From: a virus
IMG/VR virus record: IMGVR_UViG_3300037054_000044
Location: 1 to 64,000 of that record
DNA length: 64,000 nt
Direction: 5' to 3' (one strand)
Below, in pieces: positions 47,762 to 57,268 of this stretch. The notes under the pieces are model-generated. The model was given only the letters and a program-made list of their open reading frames with translations, had not been told where the DNA came from and did not search any database. The position numbers and the translations under genes are program-made. Position 1 is the first letter of the stretch. Every line of letters starts with the position of its first letter.

Positions 47762-48826
47762 TCATAGTATATTCTCCACGTCTGTGAATTTTACATCTGT
47801 GCTGCTCAACTTCTGAATCGAAAACTCGAACTGTGTGTCCTTGGGGCTTGCTTGGTCAATGACCACGGTGTTACCCGGAAGGATTTGCCCAGATGATACT
47901 AGGCCAGCCAACGGCAGCCGCACACGGCGTTCGATGGCACGTTTCAGGTTACGTGCACCGTACTCGATGCTGTAGCCTTCCTCCATTAGCGTGAACTTCG
48001 CCGCAGGAGTTAGCTGGTACAGGAACCTTGCCTTGGTGTAGAACATCTGCTGGACAATGCCCAGTTCGATGTGCATGACTTCCGCCGCCTGTAGCTTTGT
48101 CAGAGTCTTGAAGACCTCCACGTGGTCAAGGCGGTTCATGAACTCAGGTGTGAAGTGCTTCTTGGCAGCCTCCATTGCTACTGCTTTGTTCTTCTCGTCG
48201 TCTAGTACCTCAACTTCATTGCCCTGTTTGAACCCATACTTCTGTGCGTGCATCTGCTTCGCACCGAGGTTCGAGGTCATAATGATGAGCACCTGCTCGA
48301 AGTTCACCTTGCGGTTGTCGCCTAGCGTGAGCGTAGCCTTATCCAGCACGCCCAGCAGCAATTGCCACAGGGAGTCCGAAGCCTTCTCTATCTCATCGAA
48401 CAGGAGCACGCTCAGGGGCATGCCTTCCTTGTGCCACTGGTTTAACGCTTCCTGAGTGAGCAGAGGATGCGTCTCGCGGTGCCCCAGGTAGCCGGGAGGC
48501 GAGCCGATTAGCTTGGCAATCTCATGGCTGTGCTGGAACTCCGCACAGTCAATCTTGATGCAGGCGCGAGCATCCCCTACCAAGCCCTCGCATAGCACCT
48601 CCACGGCGTGCGTCTTGCCTGACCCTGTAGGGCCTAGCAACAGCGCATTGCCTGCTGGCCTGCCAGGGGCACTGAAACCTGATAGATGGGTTGACACCAT
48701 GTCCACCAGAACCTGCGCAGCGCCGTCCTGCCCTACCAGACGCTCGTGCATCTTCTTCAGCAGTGGATCGAGAATGGGATTGCGCTTGGTTAGGTCTAGC
48801 ACTTTCTTTGCTGTCCCGGTGGTCAT
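47762..48826 (-). CDS. ClpA/ClpB second AAA+ module (D2 only)
   Basis: LVGQD, GPTGSGKT, KLIGSPPGYLG, LFDEIEKA, IMTSNLG, PEFMNRLD, YGARNLKR. Confidence 0.92.
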   Translation of the reverse strand: MTTGTAKKVLDLTKRNPILDPLLKKMHERLVGQDGAAQVLVDMVSTHLSGFSAPGRPAGNALLLGPTGSGKTHAVEVLCEGLVGDARACIKIDCAEFQHSHEIAKLIGSPPGYLGHRETHPLLTQEALNQWHKEGMPLSVLLFDEIEKASDSLWQLLLGVLDKATLTLGDNRKVNFEQVLIIMTSNLGAKQMHAQKYGFKQGNEVEVLDDEKNKAVAMEAAKKHFTPEFMNRLDHVEVFKTLTKLQAAEVMHIELGIVQQMFYTKARFLYQLTPAAKFTLMEEGYSIEYGARNLKRAIERRVRLPLAGLVSSGQILPGNTVVIDQASPKDTQFEFSIQKLSSTDVKFTDVENIL

Positions 48827-48841
48827 GGAGCCTCCTATTTG

Positions 48842-49447
48842 TTATACGCCCAGATACGCCCAGTTATAGTACACGTCGCTCATGCCGCAGTCGTTGCACA
48901 CGCTGTAACCCTTGCCTGTTCCTACGAACAAGTGGCAGTGCTCAGCACACTGTGGTGGTATAGGTGTCACTTTGGGATGATAGAACTCCCAGTTGGTGTC
49001 ATTGCATGTGTGCGTATGCTTCGAGCGATTTGGATGCTCACTTAGTCCACAGATACACTTGAAATTGCCCTTGTCCACCTGTGTTACGGTTGTGCCGTCG
49101 CTGGGGAAGCGCCCACCTACTGACCCGCCTACAGTACTACCGATGCGAGATATGCCCACTGTAGAGCCCGTAGCCGTGCGCATAGGGGCATTAGTGATAA
49201 GCCCTCCGAACATCGCTGGGGTTATGTCCTTTGCTTCATCTATGAACACTTCCATGCCTTGCCATGGTCGGGGCTTGGCAATGTACAAGGGCTTGATACA
49301 TCGGTCTGCGTGCATGGTAGCCGCTAGTATGGCTGCCTGCCGCAGTTCCGCTGGTGTGATCTCGTACTCACTCAGGTAAGCGCACATCAGGTTCACCACG
49401 CGGCGGAAGGTTGAATCGTACTGGTACGCTTCATTTGGTGTTAGCAT
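48842..49447 (-). CDS. Hypothetical Cys/His-containing protein
   Basis: 201-aa ORF. Confidence 0.55.
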   Translation of the reverse strand: MLTPNEAYQYDSTFRRVVNLMCAYLSEYEITPAELRQAAILAATMHADRCIKPLYIAKPRPWQGMEVFIDEAKDITPAMFGGLITNAPMRTATGSTVGISRIGSTVGGSVGGRFPSDGTTVTQVDKGNFKCICGLSEHPNRSKHTHTCNDTNWEFYHPKVTPIPPQCAEHCHLFVGTGKGYSVCNDCGMSDVYYNWAYLGV

Positions 49448-49875
49448 TATTGAAAGTCCTCCACGCTATTGTATAGCATACAGCGAAGCAGCGTATACAG
49501 TGCTGCCTTGTCTGGCACATGAATCCTAGACTCAAAGCGGTCGAACAGGCTTTGATTACCACCTACGACAATGATGGTTTTTCCCAAAGCATACGCCATG
49601 CCTGTCTCTTCGAAACGCGAGGCAGTTCCCCAGCGCGAGGGTATGGTAGCGGTAGTCAAATCATCGCTAAAGCGGACTAGGATGTCGCAGGCGTACACGT
49701 CATTCCTGTCCAGCGTTGCCCTGTCTCGCAGCACAGTCTCCGAAGGGTTTGCACCTTCTTCCTGCACAATCCAGTGCGATACATCGTCATAGCCTAGCGC
49801 CTGCACTGCAGTTGATACGTCTTTCATCTCTTCTCTGCGGTCAAAGCGAGATGAAATGTAAACTCTTTGTTTCAT
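49447..49875 (-). CDS. Nucleoside 2-deoxyribosyltransferase-like protein
   Basis: VYISS...DRNDVYACDILV...EETGMAYALGKTIIVVG. Confidence 0.75.
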   Translation of the reverse strand: MKQRVYISSRFDRREEMKDVSTAVQALGYDDVSHWIVQEEGANPSETVLRDRATLDRNDVYACDILVRFSDDLTTATIPSRWGTASRFEETGMAYALGKTIIVVGGNQSLFDRFESRIHVPDKAALYTLLRCMLYNSVEDFQ

Positions 49876-49878
49876 AGG

Positions 49879-50247
49879 TTAGCTCCCCAGCAATGGCTGG
49901 ATGACAACGAAGTCTACACCATGGCTCTTGAGTCCCAAGGTTGTAGCGGCGTGCTCCGACAAATCTAGAACTCTTCCCTTCACCCACGGCCCACGGTCAT
50001 TCACGCGGACCACAACGAAGGTACCCATGCGAGGGTACTTTACCATGAGCCACGTCCCTAATGGGTAGGTGTGGCTCGCGCAGGTGAATCTATGGCGGTC
50101 GAAGCGCTCGCCACTGGCAGTCTTTTTGCCTTGTTCTCTGCGCCCATAAAACGACGCCAATCCTTCAGTTTTAGGAAGAGCAATATTCAAACCGTTCTTA
50201 GCCTGACACAGCACCGTTAGTACCAGAAGCGCCACTATTAATCTCAT
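49879..50247 (-). CDS. rlpA: RlpA-like (DPBB) lytic transglycosylase
   Basis: GLASFYG, TASGERFD, VRVNDRGPW..GRVLDLS. Confidence 0.9.
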   Translation of the reverse strand: MRLIVALLVLTVLCQAKNGLNIALPKTEGLASFYGRREQGKKTASGERFDRHRFTCASHTYPLGTWLMVKYPRMGTFVVVRVNDRGPWVKGRVLDLSEHAATTLGLKSHGVDFVVIQPLLGS

Positions 50248-50361
50248 TGATTTTCCTTTCTGATCTTAGAGTTTTTAGAAGTGCTCCTATCCTTTCCATC
50301 TCCTGTACAGTAAACCTGTTGGCTCGCACCCAATTTCTCCCTACTTACAGCTTACCAAAGT

Positions 50362-50625
50362 TCAGGACTTCTTGTCAACCCCTTCGTTTATGACCACAGC
50401 GTAACGTGTCTCATCGAACTCGGCAGTTATGTGGTTCTGTAGCAGGCTCAGTGCGATTTCTAGTTGCAAGGCACGTGCTTGCTCCAATTCCGTGTGGAAC
50501 AGATTAGGGCGCGTCAGTATGCCGTAGACATCGGACCAGAGCATCTGAAGGTCCATCATATGCTGCAAACGAGTTCCAACGTCGTCACCATGGAGCACTT
50601 TGCGGTACGTCGGTTCTCCCATCAC
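50362..50625 (-). CDS. Hypothetical protein
   Basis: GTGA overlap with the endolysin. Confidence 0.5.
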   Translation of the reverse strand: MMGEPTYRKVLHGDDVGTRLQHMMDLQMLWSDVYGILTRPNLFHTELEQARALQLEIALSLLQNHITAEFDETRYAVVINEGVDKKS

Positions 50626-51050
50626 GAGTTGAACTCCTGTTCCTCTGCTATGCGTCTGCGGAGCAGTCCCGCTACGACTTTACCCGAAGCATGGTCCCAC
50701 TTCTCAAACTCATTGGCAGCCCCAGCAAAGTCCCCTTGATTGAGCAGGACAAGCATAGTAGAGCCTCTGAATGCCCCTACGCCACAGTTGTAGCAAAAGT
50801 CTACTAATCCATCGTATTGACCTTGAGATAGAGGAACAGTTACCAATGTATTTACAGCGTGCTCTGCTTTGGTAAGGTCGAGTATGAGTTGACTATCGGC
50901 TGAATTCTGATCCCACGTTAGTCCCTCTACGACTTCAGGTCCAACGTGCCCAAAACCAATCGTCCATATGCCCTTAATGTCTTGGTAAGCCGTGAGACGA
51001 CAAGATTCAAAACTCTTGGTTAACGCTATCCCTTCTTTTGAGTACTGCAT
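50622..51050 (-). CDS. GH24 lysozyme / endolysin
   Basis: FES.RL.AYQD..GIWTIGFGH...GLLRRR.AE. Confidence 0.92.
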   Translation of the reverse strand: MQYSKEGIALTKSFESCRLTAYQDIKGIWTIGFGHVGPEVVEGLTWDQNSADSQLILDLTKAEHAVNTLVTVPLSQGQYDGLVDFCYNCGVGAFRGSTMLVLLNQGDFAGAANEFEKWDHASGKVVAGLLRRRIAEEQEFNS

Positions 51051-51439
51051 AGTTTGCACCCTTTCTTTATGATGCCTCTTGATGTGTGCCAGCGATTGTG
51101 TGCGAGTGCTCCTGCTTGTCCAGTTCTACGGGCTAGTTGCCCTGCTGCTTTGGCAGCTTTCCTGTTGTGCTGTAACTTTGCCTCGGTCATTCTCTGGTTC
51201 TTCTTTGAATCCCCTGCGCTTGCCCATCGCACGTTTCCCGGTTCGTAGTTTCCATCGTTGTCTTTGCGGTCTAACAAGAATGAAGGGTCTGGTTTCTTTC
51301 CAACACACTTCAAGAACTGTTCAAAACTTTTGAACAGGAATTTTATGCCACGTCCGGCGTAGTCTTCATAATCTGGTTCCCCCGGCTTGCGAGAGCACCT
51401 AGACTTTGCGTTTAGGAAAGCAGAGTATTCCACTGTCAT
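51026..51439 (-). CDS. HNH-like putative endonuclease (5' end possibly frameshifted)
   Basis: YAGRGIKF...LDRKDNDGNYEPGNVRWA. Confidence 0.75.
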   Translation of the reverse strand: MTVEYSAFLNAKSRCSRKPGEPDYEDYAGRGIKFLFKSFEQFLKCVGKKPDPSFLLDRKDNDGNYEPGNVRWASAGDSKKNQRMTEAKLQHNRKAAKAAGQLARRTGQAGALAHNRWHTSRGIIKKGCKLCSTQKKG

Positions 51440-51519
51440 CCTACGACGTGGCCGCGAGTGGTACCTTATAGTGTTTTCGGTTTTGGTCCCGGTTTCATAG
51501 ACACACTCCTCCTAGTTTT

Positions 51520-51548
51520 AGGATACCAAGTTTTGGCACCTTTGTCAA
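51520..51548 (-). promoter_or_regulatory. sigma70-like promoter
   Basis: TTGACA-17-TATCCT. Confidence 0.65.
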
Positions 51549-51692
51549 CTTATCTCGGGTGCGTCATGATGTAGTGCAATCCGAAGATTTGCACCCCAAG
51601 CGTGACCAGTTGCAGCACAACACTAACGATGGAGTCCAGCGTACGAATGAACTCCTCTCGGTTATGGTCTCCTAATAACTTTTTTACCCACA

Positions 51693-52094
51693 TCAGTTTC
51701 TGCCCTCCTTCATCTCATCGACGCGCACAAGGTCATGGCAACCTATGCCCTGCACCATGTGTGACGCTTTCGTTTTGTAGGTCAGCAGCAAAGGGTTGTG
51801 CTTGCCCTCGAACATCTCCGCAAGTTTCTTCTTGTCACACAGTAGAATATCCTCAGTGAACAAGTTGTAGGTCGCCAGCGGCTGGATGCGGACTACAACC
51901 GCGTCGTCCACGATGCCAGAAACCGATATCTCTCCCGCCTTGTACGTGTACGGATTCAGCGTGTACTGCGTGACGCAGCCCTCGGGAAGCCAGCACGTTG
52001 TGTCACTCTTCTTTGAGTTGGTTGAGCAGCGTGACATCTCTGAGAGTCCCAACAGGAGCACTAAGAGCATGGCTATAACGATTAGAGATTTCAT
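51693..52094 (-). CDS. Secreted/membrane hypothetical protein
   Basis: N-terminal signal/TM segment. Confidence 0.55.
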   Translation of the reverse strand: MKSLIVIAMLLVLLLGLSEMSRCSTNSKKSDTTCWLPEGCVTQYTLNPYTYKAGEISVSGIVDDAVVVRIQPLATYNLFTEDILLCDKKKLAEMFEGKHNPLLLTYKTKASHMVQGIGCHDLVRVDEMKEGRN

Positions 52095-52235
52095 AGCAAG
52101 TCACCTAGGATGCCGCCCAGCATGGCTATGCCAGCCCCCGCTGCCGCCAGCAATGCTGACGGCCAGAAGCCTGTGTACTTGTACAAGCCAAGGTTGATGA
52201 TGGCTAGGATGACCCAGCCGATTGCAACGAGTAGT

Positions 52236-52760
52236 CTATGCGGTAGCAACGGGCACCTCCATAAGTTGCTGTGTAAGTCCCTGTGGAAGGCCAGCGCCTC
52301 CTTCAAACACAACATTCACCTTAGGTGCTTCCTTCGGCTCAGGCTTCTGTGGCGTGACCTTGGCAACCTTGCCACATGCTGTGCAGCGCCAGTGACCCAA
52401 GCCCTTCGGCTTGTCTTTCGTTTTGCCGGTCTCAGGGTCTTTCACCGACTCCTTCATACCAGCGCGAGGCTTGCGTGAAGGTGCGGAGCAGCATGCCGAG
52501 ATGTACTCATGCACGGGACCGCGCTGTACGATGGGCTTTGCTACGGGCTTTGCTTTTTTGGCCCAGCGTGCTCTCTTCTGGTTCCGTGACGGTTCGTTGG
52601 GTCTCTGTGCGCTGCCCGAGGACTTCTGCACGGTAGGCTTTGCGGTCTGTTTTCCGGCTGAAGACTTGTTCTGTTGTTTCATCTTGAGCCACTTCGGCAC
52701 TGGCTTGGTGGCACTCGTTGAAGAGGTCGGTACGGTCGTTGAATTGGGTGCTGCGCACAT
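52236..52760 (-). CDS. Basic Zn-ribbon-containing hypothetical protein
   Basis: AAGGAG RBS; SACCSA...WRCTACGK. Confidence 0.6.
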   Translation of the reverse strand: MCAAPNSTTVPTSSTSATKPVPKWLKMKQQNKSSAGKQTAKPTVQKSSGSAQRPNEPSRNQKRARWAKKAKPVAKPIVQRGPVHEYISACCSAPSRKPRAGMKESVKDPETGKTKDKPKGLGHWRCTACGKVAKVTPQKPEPKEAPKVNVVFEGGAGLPQGLTQQLMEVPVATA

Positions 52761-52780
52761 TATTAGCTCCTTTTAGGTTT

Positions 52781-53356
52781 TTAGTCTAACAGTCTGAATT
52801 TTGGAAGTTGTGATCTATATTGTCGAAACCTATGCATGAACTCCATAGGTACTCGACCGCTCGCTTCAAGCATGTCCTCGTAGGTGTATTCTTTCACATA
52901 TTTAAAGATCAGTTCCTCAGCCTCACCGCAGGGTGGATAGAACTCTTGCAATGCCACGTTTCCTGTTGTGTAAATCTCTCCGCGAAACGCCTTGCGGTCT
53001 GCTTCTTTCACTTCCTTGCAGGCGTGTTCGTCAGGAAAAGTGATTCCATGGTACTCGTAAATGGAATGCAACAGTTCCTTCTCGAATGCCTCTATTTCTT
53101 CTGTTTTGGCGGGTTTTGGCGTGTCTCCGGTAATTGTCTCCGGTGAATCATGAAGTAGCCCATCGAACTGTAGAGATGTAGGCAGCAGGTCACACACCAC
53201 GAAAGTGTGTAGTGCTACCGAAAAGAATCTGCGCCCAGCCCCAGCAAACCTTCCCTCCCTAGACAACGAAATTGCTGTATCAAGGAGGGAAGGTGCTCCA
53301 CCGGGGAACGCTATCTTGCCGGAGTAGGTGTATAGTGTACCACGATGTTCAGACAA
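52781..53356 (-). CDS. HD-domain nucleotidase (YfbR/YfdR-like)
   Basis: RFAG...FSVALH...LLHDSPETITGD.PKP.K...VKEAD. Confidence 0.8.
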   Translation of the reverse strand: MSEHRGTLYTYSGKIAFPGGAPSLLDTAISLSREGRFAGAGRRFFSVALHTFVVCDLLPTSLQFDGLLHDSPETITGDTPKPAKTEEIEAFEKELLHSIYEYHGITFPDEHACKEVKEADRKAFRGEIYTTGNVALQEFYPPCGEAEELIFKYVKEYTYEDMLEASGRVPMEFMHRFRQYRSQLPKFRLLD

Positions 53357-54467
53357 TAGGTGCTCCTGAGACGGGTTGCGTCTCTTCCTTCTTGATCAGC
53401 GCGGCCACATCATTTCGTAGACGCTCTACCACTTCGAAGTGACTTGCCAAGTACAGTTTCAGGTTATCCATTCCGTTAGCAATTTTTTCTGGCCCTATAG
53501 GCACGGGCTTTCCTTTTACTTCAGTTGTGCTGCCTACATCATACCAGAACCAGCTTCCCTTCTGCTCAAACAACTTACGACCAACTGCAAACTCTATAAG
53601 GTTGTCTGTTTTGTCAAAGCCGGGTGTCCTTCCCTTACCGGGGTAAATGAGGTTGATCTGTGTGCGCCGGAAGGGTATGCCCCCACCGTTCTTCACACAC
53701 CTTAGGTCAATGCTGTGGCCTATGATGTTTTCCTTGGTGCCTTCCCAAATTGCCTCTTTACGGCTAATGCTTAGGCGCACACTGGAGTAGAACTTCAAGG
53801 CGCGTCCACCGGGAGTCGTTTCGGGATTACCATAGACAATGCCAATCTTGTCCCTCACTTGATTCAGCCACAGTATGGTAGTTTGGCTACGCGAGCACTT
53901 TCCTGTCAGGATGCGCATAGCCTGACTGAACATCCTAGCCTGCAGACCCATGTGTTGGTCTCCGATGTCACCAGCAAGTTCGGCTTCAGGAACTAAAGCA
54001 GCGGCAGAATCAATCACGATCAAGGTGACCGCCCCTGACTCTACTAACTTGTCTACAGTGTCAAGTGCTTCTTCTCCACTGTTAGGCTGATTGAATAGCA
54101 GGTTGTCGATGTTTACACCTAGCACCTGTGCGTAGGTTGGCTCCAGTTTATGCTCTGCGTCTACATAGGCTACGATGCCTCCTGCGTTCTGTTCTTGTGC
54201 TGTGATATGTAGCGCCGTTGTAGTTTTCCCAGAGGCTTCCGCCCCGAAGATTTCTACGATACGGCCACGTGGTACGCCTCCGTATTGGAGGACATCGTAG
54301 TCAAACGTAGGAAGGTTGGTCTTGATGCAGGGCACACGCAGTACAGGCTTGTCCCCTAGGCGCACTATGGAATTCTTAACCTCTCTTCCAATCTTTGTAA
54401 TCGTGTGCGCCTCGTCTAGTTGTTTGCTGAGTGCTGCGATTTGTCGAAACTTATCTGCGTTGCTCAT
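53349..54467 (-). CDS. recA: RecA recombinase
   Basis: GGVPRGRIVEIFGAEASGKTT, DAEH, IDSAAALVP, GNPETTPGGRALKFYSSVRL. Confidence 0.97.
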   Translation of the reverse strand: MSNADKFRQIAALSKQLDEAHTITKIGREVKNSIVRLGDKPVLRVPCIKTNLPTFDYDVLQYGGVPRGRIVEIFGAEASGKTTTALHITAQEQNAGGIVAYVDAEHKLEPTYAQVLGVNIDNLLFNQPNSGEEALDTVDKLVESGAVTLIVIDSAAALVPEAELAGDIGDQHMGLQARMFSQAMRILTGKCSRSQTTILWLNQVRDKIGIVYGNPETTPGGRALKFYSSVRLSISRKEAIWEGTKENIIGHSIDLRCVKNGGGIPFRRTQINLIYPGKGRTPGFDKTDNLIEFAVGRKLFEQKGSWFWYDVGSTTEVKGKPVPIGPEKIANGMDNLKLYLASHFEVVERLRNDVAALIKKEETQPVSGAPIV

Positions 54468-54876
54468 CCAGTGCCCTTTCCCGTGCTTCCTTGGCTTCCT
54501 TCTTCGTGTCAAAAGTACCTAGCCAAGTTTCCTTGTCGTTCCTGTGTATCCTTGCGTACCACTTACCAGAGGCTTCGTGCCACCCGTACCCTTTGCCGTA
54601 GGCTCTCTTGTTCTTCTGTTGCTGGCTTCGTGTTGCCCAGCGTACATTCCCCGGTTCGTAGTTGCCGTCGTTATCGGGGTAGCGGTCTAGCGAGTGCTCG
54701 GGGGTAGGGCGCGGTCCTATTTCCGCAATGAGTTCCAAGATGTGTTTGAACAGGAACTTTATGCCGCGCCCTCCGTGTGAGTGCCAGCGTTGACTGTTTG
54801 GGTTGGTGCAGCGGTCCTTAGCCGTCTGGTAGACTTGGTATTCCGGTGTGCCCGATATTCCTTTGTTTTTTGACAT
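54451..54876 (-). CDS. HNH-like + AP2 putative homing endonuclease
   Basis: GGRGIKF...DNDGNYEPGNVRWAT; KWYARI...WLGTFDTKKEA. Confidence 0.85.
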   Translation of the reverse strand: MSKNKGISGTPEYQVYQTAKDRCTNPNSQRWHSHGGRGIKFLFKHILELIAEIGPRPTPEHSLDRYPDNDGNYEPGNVRWATRSQQQKNKRAYGKGYGWHEASGKWYARIHRNDKETWLGTFDTKKEAKEARERALDEQRR

Positions 54877-54902
54877 TTTTAACCTTTTCTCTAACTGATT
54901 AA

Positions 54903-54931
54903 AGTATAACACACTTTGAGAGGAAAGTCAA
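54903..54931 (-). promoter_or_regulatory. sigma70-like promoter
   Basis: TTGACT-17-TATACT. Confidence 0.7.
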
Positions 54932-54933
54932 GT

Positions 54934-55197
54934 CTAATCTGGCAGTCCACGCGGGTCTACTCCAATGTATGACCTTCCTTCGTAGGAATGGTCGTTATCT
55001 TCACTGTTGCCTTGGTATGCCGTCCATGACACAGGCAGAGACTTGTGTTTCTCCTGATAATCTTCTAATGCTTTTCTTGTCTCTGCTATGCGTTTACTAG
55101 CATAGGTTTTAGCCTCTTCTGTAGTGGCTCTACCCATCAACAGTAGAGCACCTTCACAGTCGCTCTGCAATATTCTTTCATCCCAGTTACTCGCCAA
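54934..55197 (-). CDS. Hypothetical protein
   Basis: GGAGG RBS; ORF. Confidence 0.5.
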   Translation of the reverse strand: MASNWDERILQSDCEGALLLMGRATTEEAKTYASKRIAETRKALEDYQEKHKSLPVSWTAYQGNSEDNDHSYEGRSYIGVDPRGLPD

Positions 55198-55618
55198 ACG
55201 TGCCTCCTACGATAGTTGCTGGGGCCTCGTCCTGAGGCTTGACGGTGATCTCCGCTGCGAGCGCAGGGAGTAATTGAGAACTGATAAAACCATGGAACAT
55301 GCGAACGAACTTCGTGCCCTTCATGGCGACCAGTGCCTTGACACCTTTCGTGGTCAGCACGGCGTGGATGAAGTCCAGATCGACGCTGGTAGCAAAGTAT
55401 GCAGACCAGCAGTCAACGCAGTTGCTCTTAGGATCATGATCCTTGCTGAACCGCGCTTTGTGTTCGCAGGCTTTGACGGTGCCGTGTGTAATGGTCAGGT
55501 ACTGACGGCGCAACTGTCCAAGCTGCTTCCGCGTTAGCTTTTCAGGAGGTGCAGCAGGAAGCGTAGGTTCTTCAGTCGAACTGGTTAGGCTCTGTTCCAT
55601 CTGCTCTAAAGATTCCAT
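55187..55618 (-). CDS. Hypothetical protein
   Basis: ORF in the operon. Confidence 0.55.
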   Translation of the reverse strand: MESLEQMEQSLTSSTEEPTLPAAPPEKLTRKQLGQLRRQYLTITHGTVKACEHKARFSKDHDPKSNCVDCWSAYFATSVDLDFIHAVLTTKGVKALVAMKGTKFVRMFHGFISSQLLPALAAEITVKPQDEAPATIVGGTFGE

Positions 55619-56003
55619 TGGCTGACCCTTTCATGTAACTGCGGATTTGGTCGTTTTTAATCTTGTAATAGAGCCTTGCGTACGTGCCATCCGGCCCCAG
55701 GCCATACTCAGCGAACGTTCTACCGAGTGCTTCGCGTAGCGTCTCTGAGAGAATGTCAATGTTCTCATTGTAGACGGCTCGAAGGAATATATCGTAGAAC
55801 CTTTGGCCAACCGCTCGCTTCACTTTCACTTCCACGTCGATGATGAAGTCAATAGGCTCGGCGGCTACTTCGTCCTGCTTGTACACCGCCTGCTTCACTC
55901 GCAGGGACATGCTGTTGGTTTTCAACACAGAATACAACGCCACAACGCTATTAAACTCTTCGAGATAATCGCGCTTCTGCGTTACTTCATTGATCGTTGT
56001 CAT
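55572..56003 (-). CDS. Hypothetical protein
   Basis: ORF in the operon. Confidence 0.55.
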   Translation of the reverse strand: MTTINEVTQKRDYLEEFNSVVALYSVLKTNSMSLRVKQAVYKQDEVAAEPIDFIIDVEVKVKRAVGQRFYDIFLRAVYNENIDILSETLREALGRTFAEYGLGPDGTYARLYYKIKNDQIRSYMKGSANGIFRADGTEPNQFD

Positions 56004-56006
56004 TTC

Positions 56007-56648
56007 TCACTTTCTTTTGTTAATCTCTAACACCTTAAACAGCGTTTGTGCAGGGGGATTTTCTAGGTATGCCACTGCGTTCTTGAGCCATTCCACATTG
56101 TCTACGCGTCCTAACTTTGCATTACACCCTGCATAACGACCACCGCACAACAGTCCTCTTACCGTAGACTTCTTGTCAGGCTGTGGTTTTGTTTTCTTTG
56201 TAACGTGTCTGTGGTCTACTTCAGCACGTGTTGGATCGCCCTCTGTAGGAGGAACCACTGAAAATGCCCCATTTATCAGCAACGCCCTGCCACAAATTGC
56301 GCAGTTCCCACTTTGGTAGGTAAACAAAGCAAGGTACTCATCGAGAGACATCCCGTAAGCACGACGGATGTGGCCTTCTACTGTGCAGAGTTTGCATTTA
56401 TAGTCCTCTGCTCTTCCACAGAATTCAGTGTCGTGTCCTTTTTTGCAGATTCTCCTTTTTATGCAGCTTTTGCATCCTGTAGAAAAACCACCCTTCAAGT
56501 GATAATAGTCCACTTTGCAAATTGCCCCACACATACATTTGCACCAGTAGTGTATGTGTTTTCCGTTTGCTTCGGGAAGCAACTCTTCCCCTACAGTCCA
56601 GTTCCCAAACTGCTTACCAGTTAGACTGGGAACAGTGCGTTTCTTCAT
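56007..56648 (-). CDS. Endonuclease VII-like putative homing endonuclease
   Basis: LTGKQFGNWTV..WCKCMCG; Q..NCAICG...VDHRH...VRGLLC...CN. Confidence 0.85.
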   Translation of the reverse strand: MKKRTVPSLTGKQFGNWTVGEELLPEANGKHIHYWCKCMCGAICKVDYYHLKGGFSTGCKSCIKRRICKKGHDTEFCGRAEDYKCKLCTVEGHIRRAYGMSLDEYLALFTYQSGNCAICGRALLINGAFSVVPPTEGDPTRAEVDHRHVTKKTKPQPDKKSTVRGLLCGGRYAGCNAKLGRVDNVEWLKNAVAYLENPPAQTLFKVLEINKRK

Positions 56649-56811
56649 TGCTTGCCTTCCTGTACAGCGCCAAGTCTCCAACCTTGTAGGCGTCCTTCTT
56701 GATGACACACTGGTATCCGCCGATGAACACGATGCCTAGGGTATCGGCATTGCTGTGCGGCAGAATCTCTTCGATGCGAACTACGTTGACTCTGTGTGTG
56801 CTGTTGCTCAT
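56614..56811 (-). pseudogene. N-terminal fragment of a DRB0094-type RNA ligase
   Basis: VVRIEEILPHSNADTL....IGGYQCVIKK..YKVGDLALY, then runs into the endonuclease. Confidence 0.65.
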
Positions 56812-56862
56812 GTTCCCTCCAAACTAAAATGGTGCCCCGGAATTTTCACCGGGGCGATTTGT

Positions 56863-57063
56863 CTAGCGTGTGTAATGCGATTTGCTGAACCGAAGCCCAA
56901 TCCACTCAGGGGTAGGTGCGTCGATCAGTGCTTGTAAAGACTCAATGGCTGCACGGTAGTATGCATAACCTTTGCGTTGCTTTGCAGTGAACACCTGCGT
57001 AACGGAAACTTTGTGCAGTATGTTTTGTGCGTGGTCTTTGTACTGCTCAAGAACTCTCTTCAT
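56863..57063 (-). CDS. Hypothetical protein
   Basis: AAGGAG RBS. Confidence 0.5.
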   Translation of the reverse strand: MKRVLEQYKDHAQNILHKVSVTQVFTAKQRKGYAYYRAAIESLQALIDAPTPEWIGLRFSKSHYTR

Positions 57064-57072
57064 GGGGTCTCC

Positions 57073-57258
57073 TTAGTGTTTGAATGGACTGCCATAGCGG
57101 ATGAGGTAGTAAACTACGTAAATCCACCCGCCGAACAAAGCCTGTCCCAGCGCTAACCAGAACGAGGCCCACTTTGCGTACGAGAAGGCAAAGGCTAGAA
57201 TGAACCCCACTGATGCAACCCAGTCTCTTGCATAACTTACCTTTGTTGATGTACTCAT
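57073..57258 (-). CDS. Small membrane protein
   Basis: AAGGAG RBS; hydrophobic, ...FGGWIYVVYYLI. Confidence 0.6.
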   Translation of the reverse strand: MSTSTKVSYARDWVASVGFILAFAFSYAKWASFWLALGQALFGGWIYVVYYLIRYGSPFKH

Positions 57259-57268
57259 GCGATCTCCT

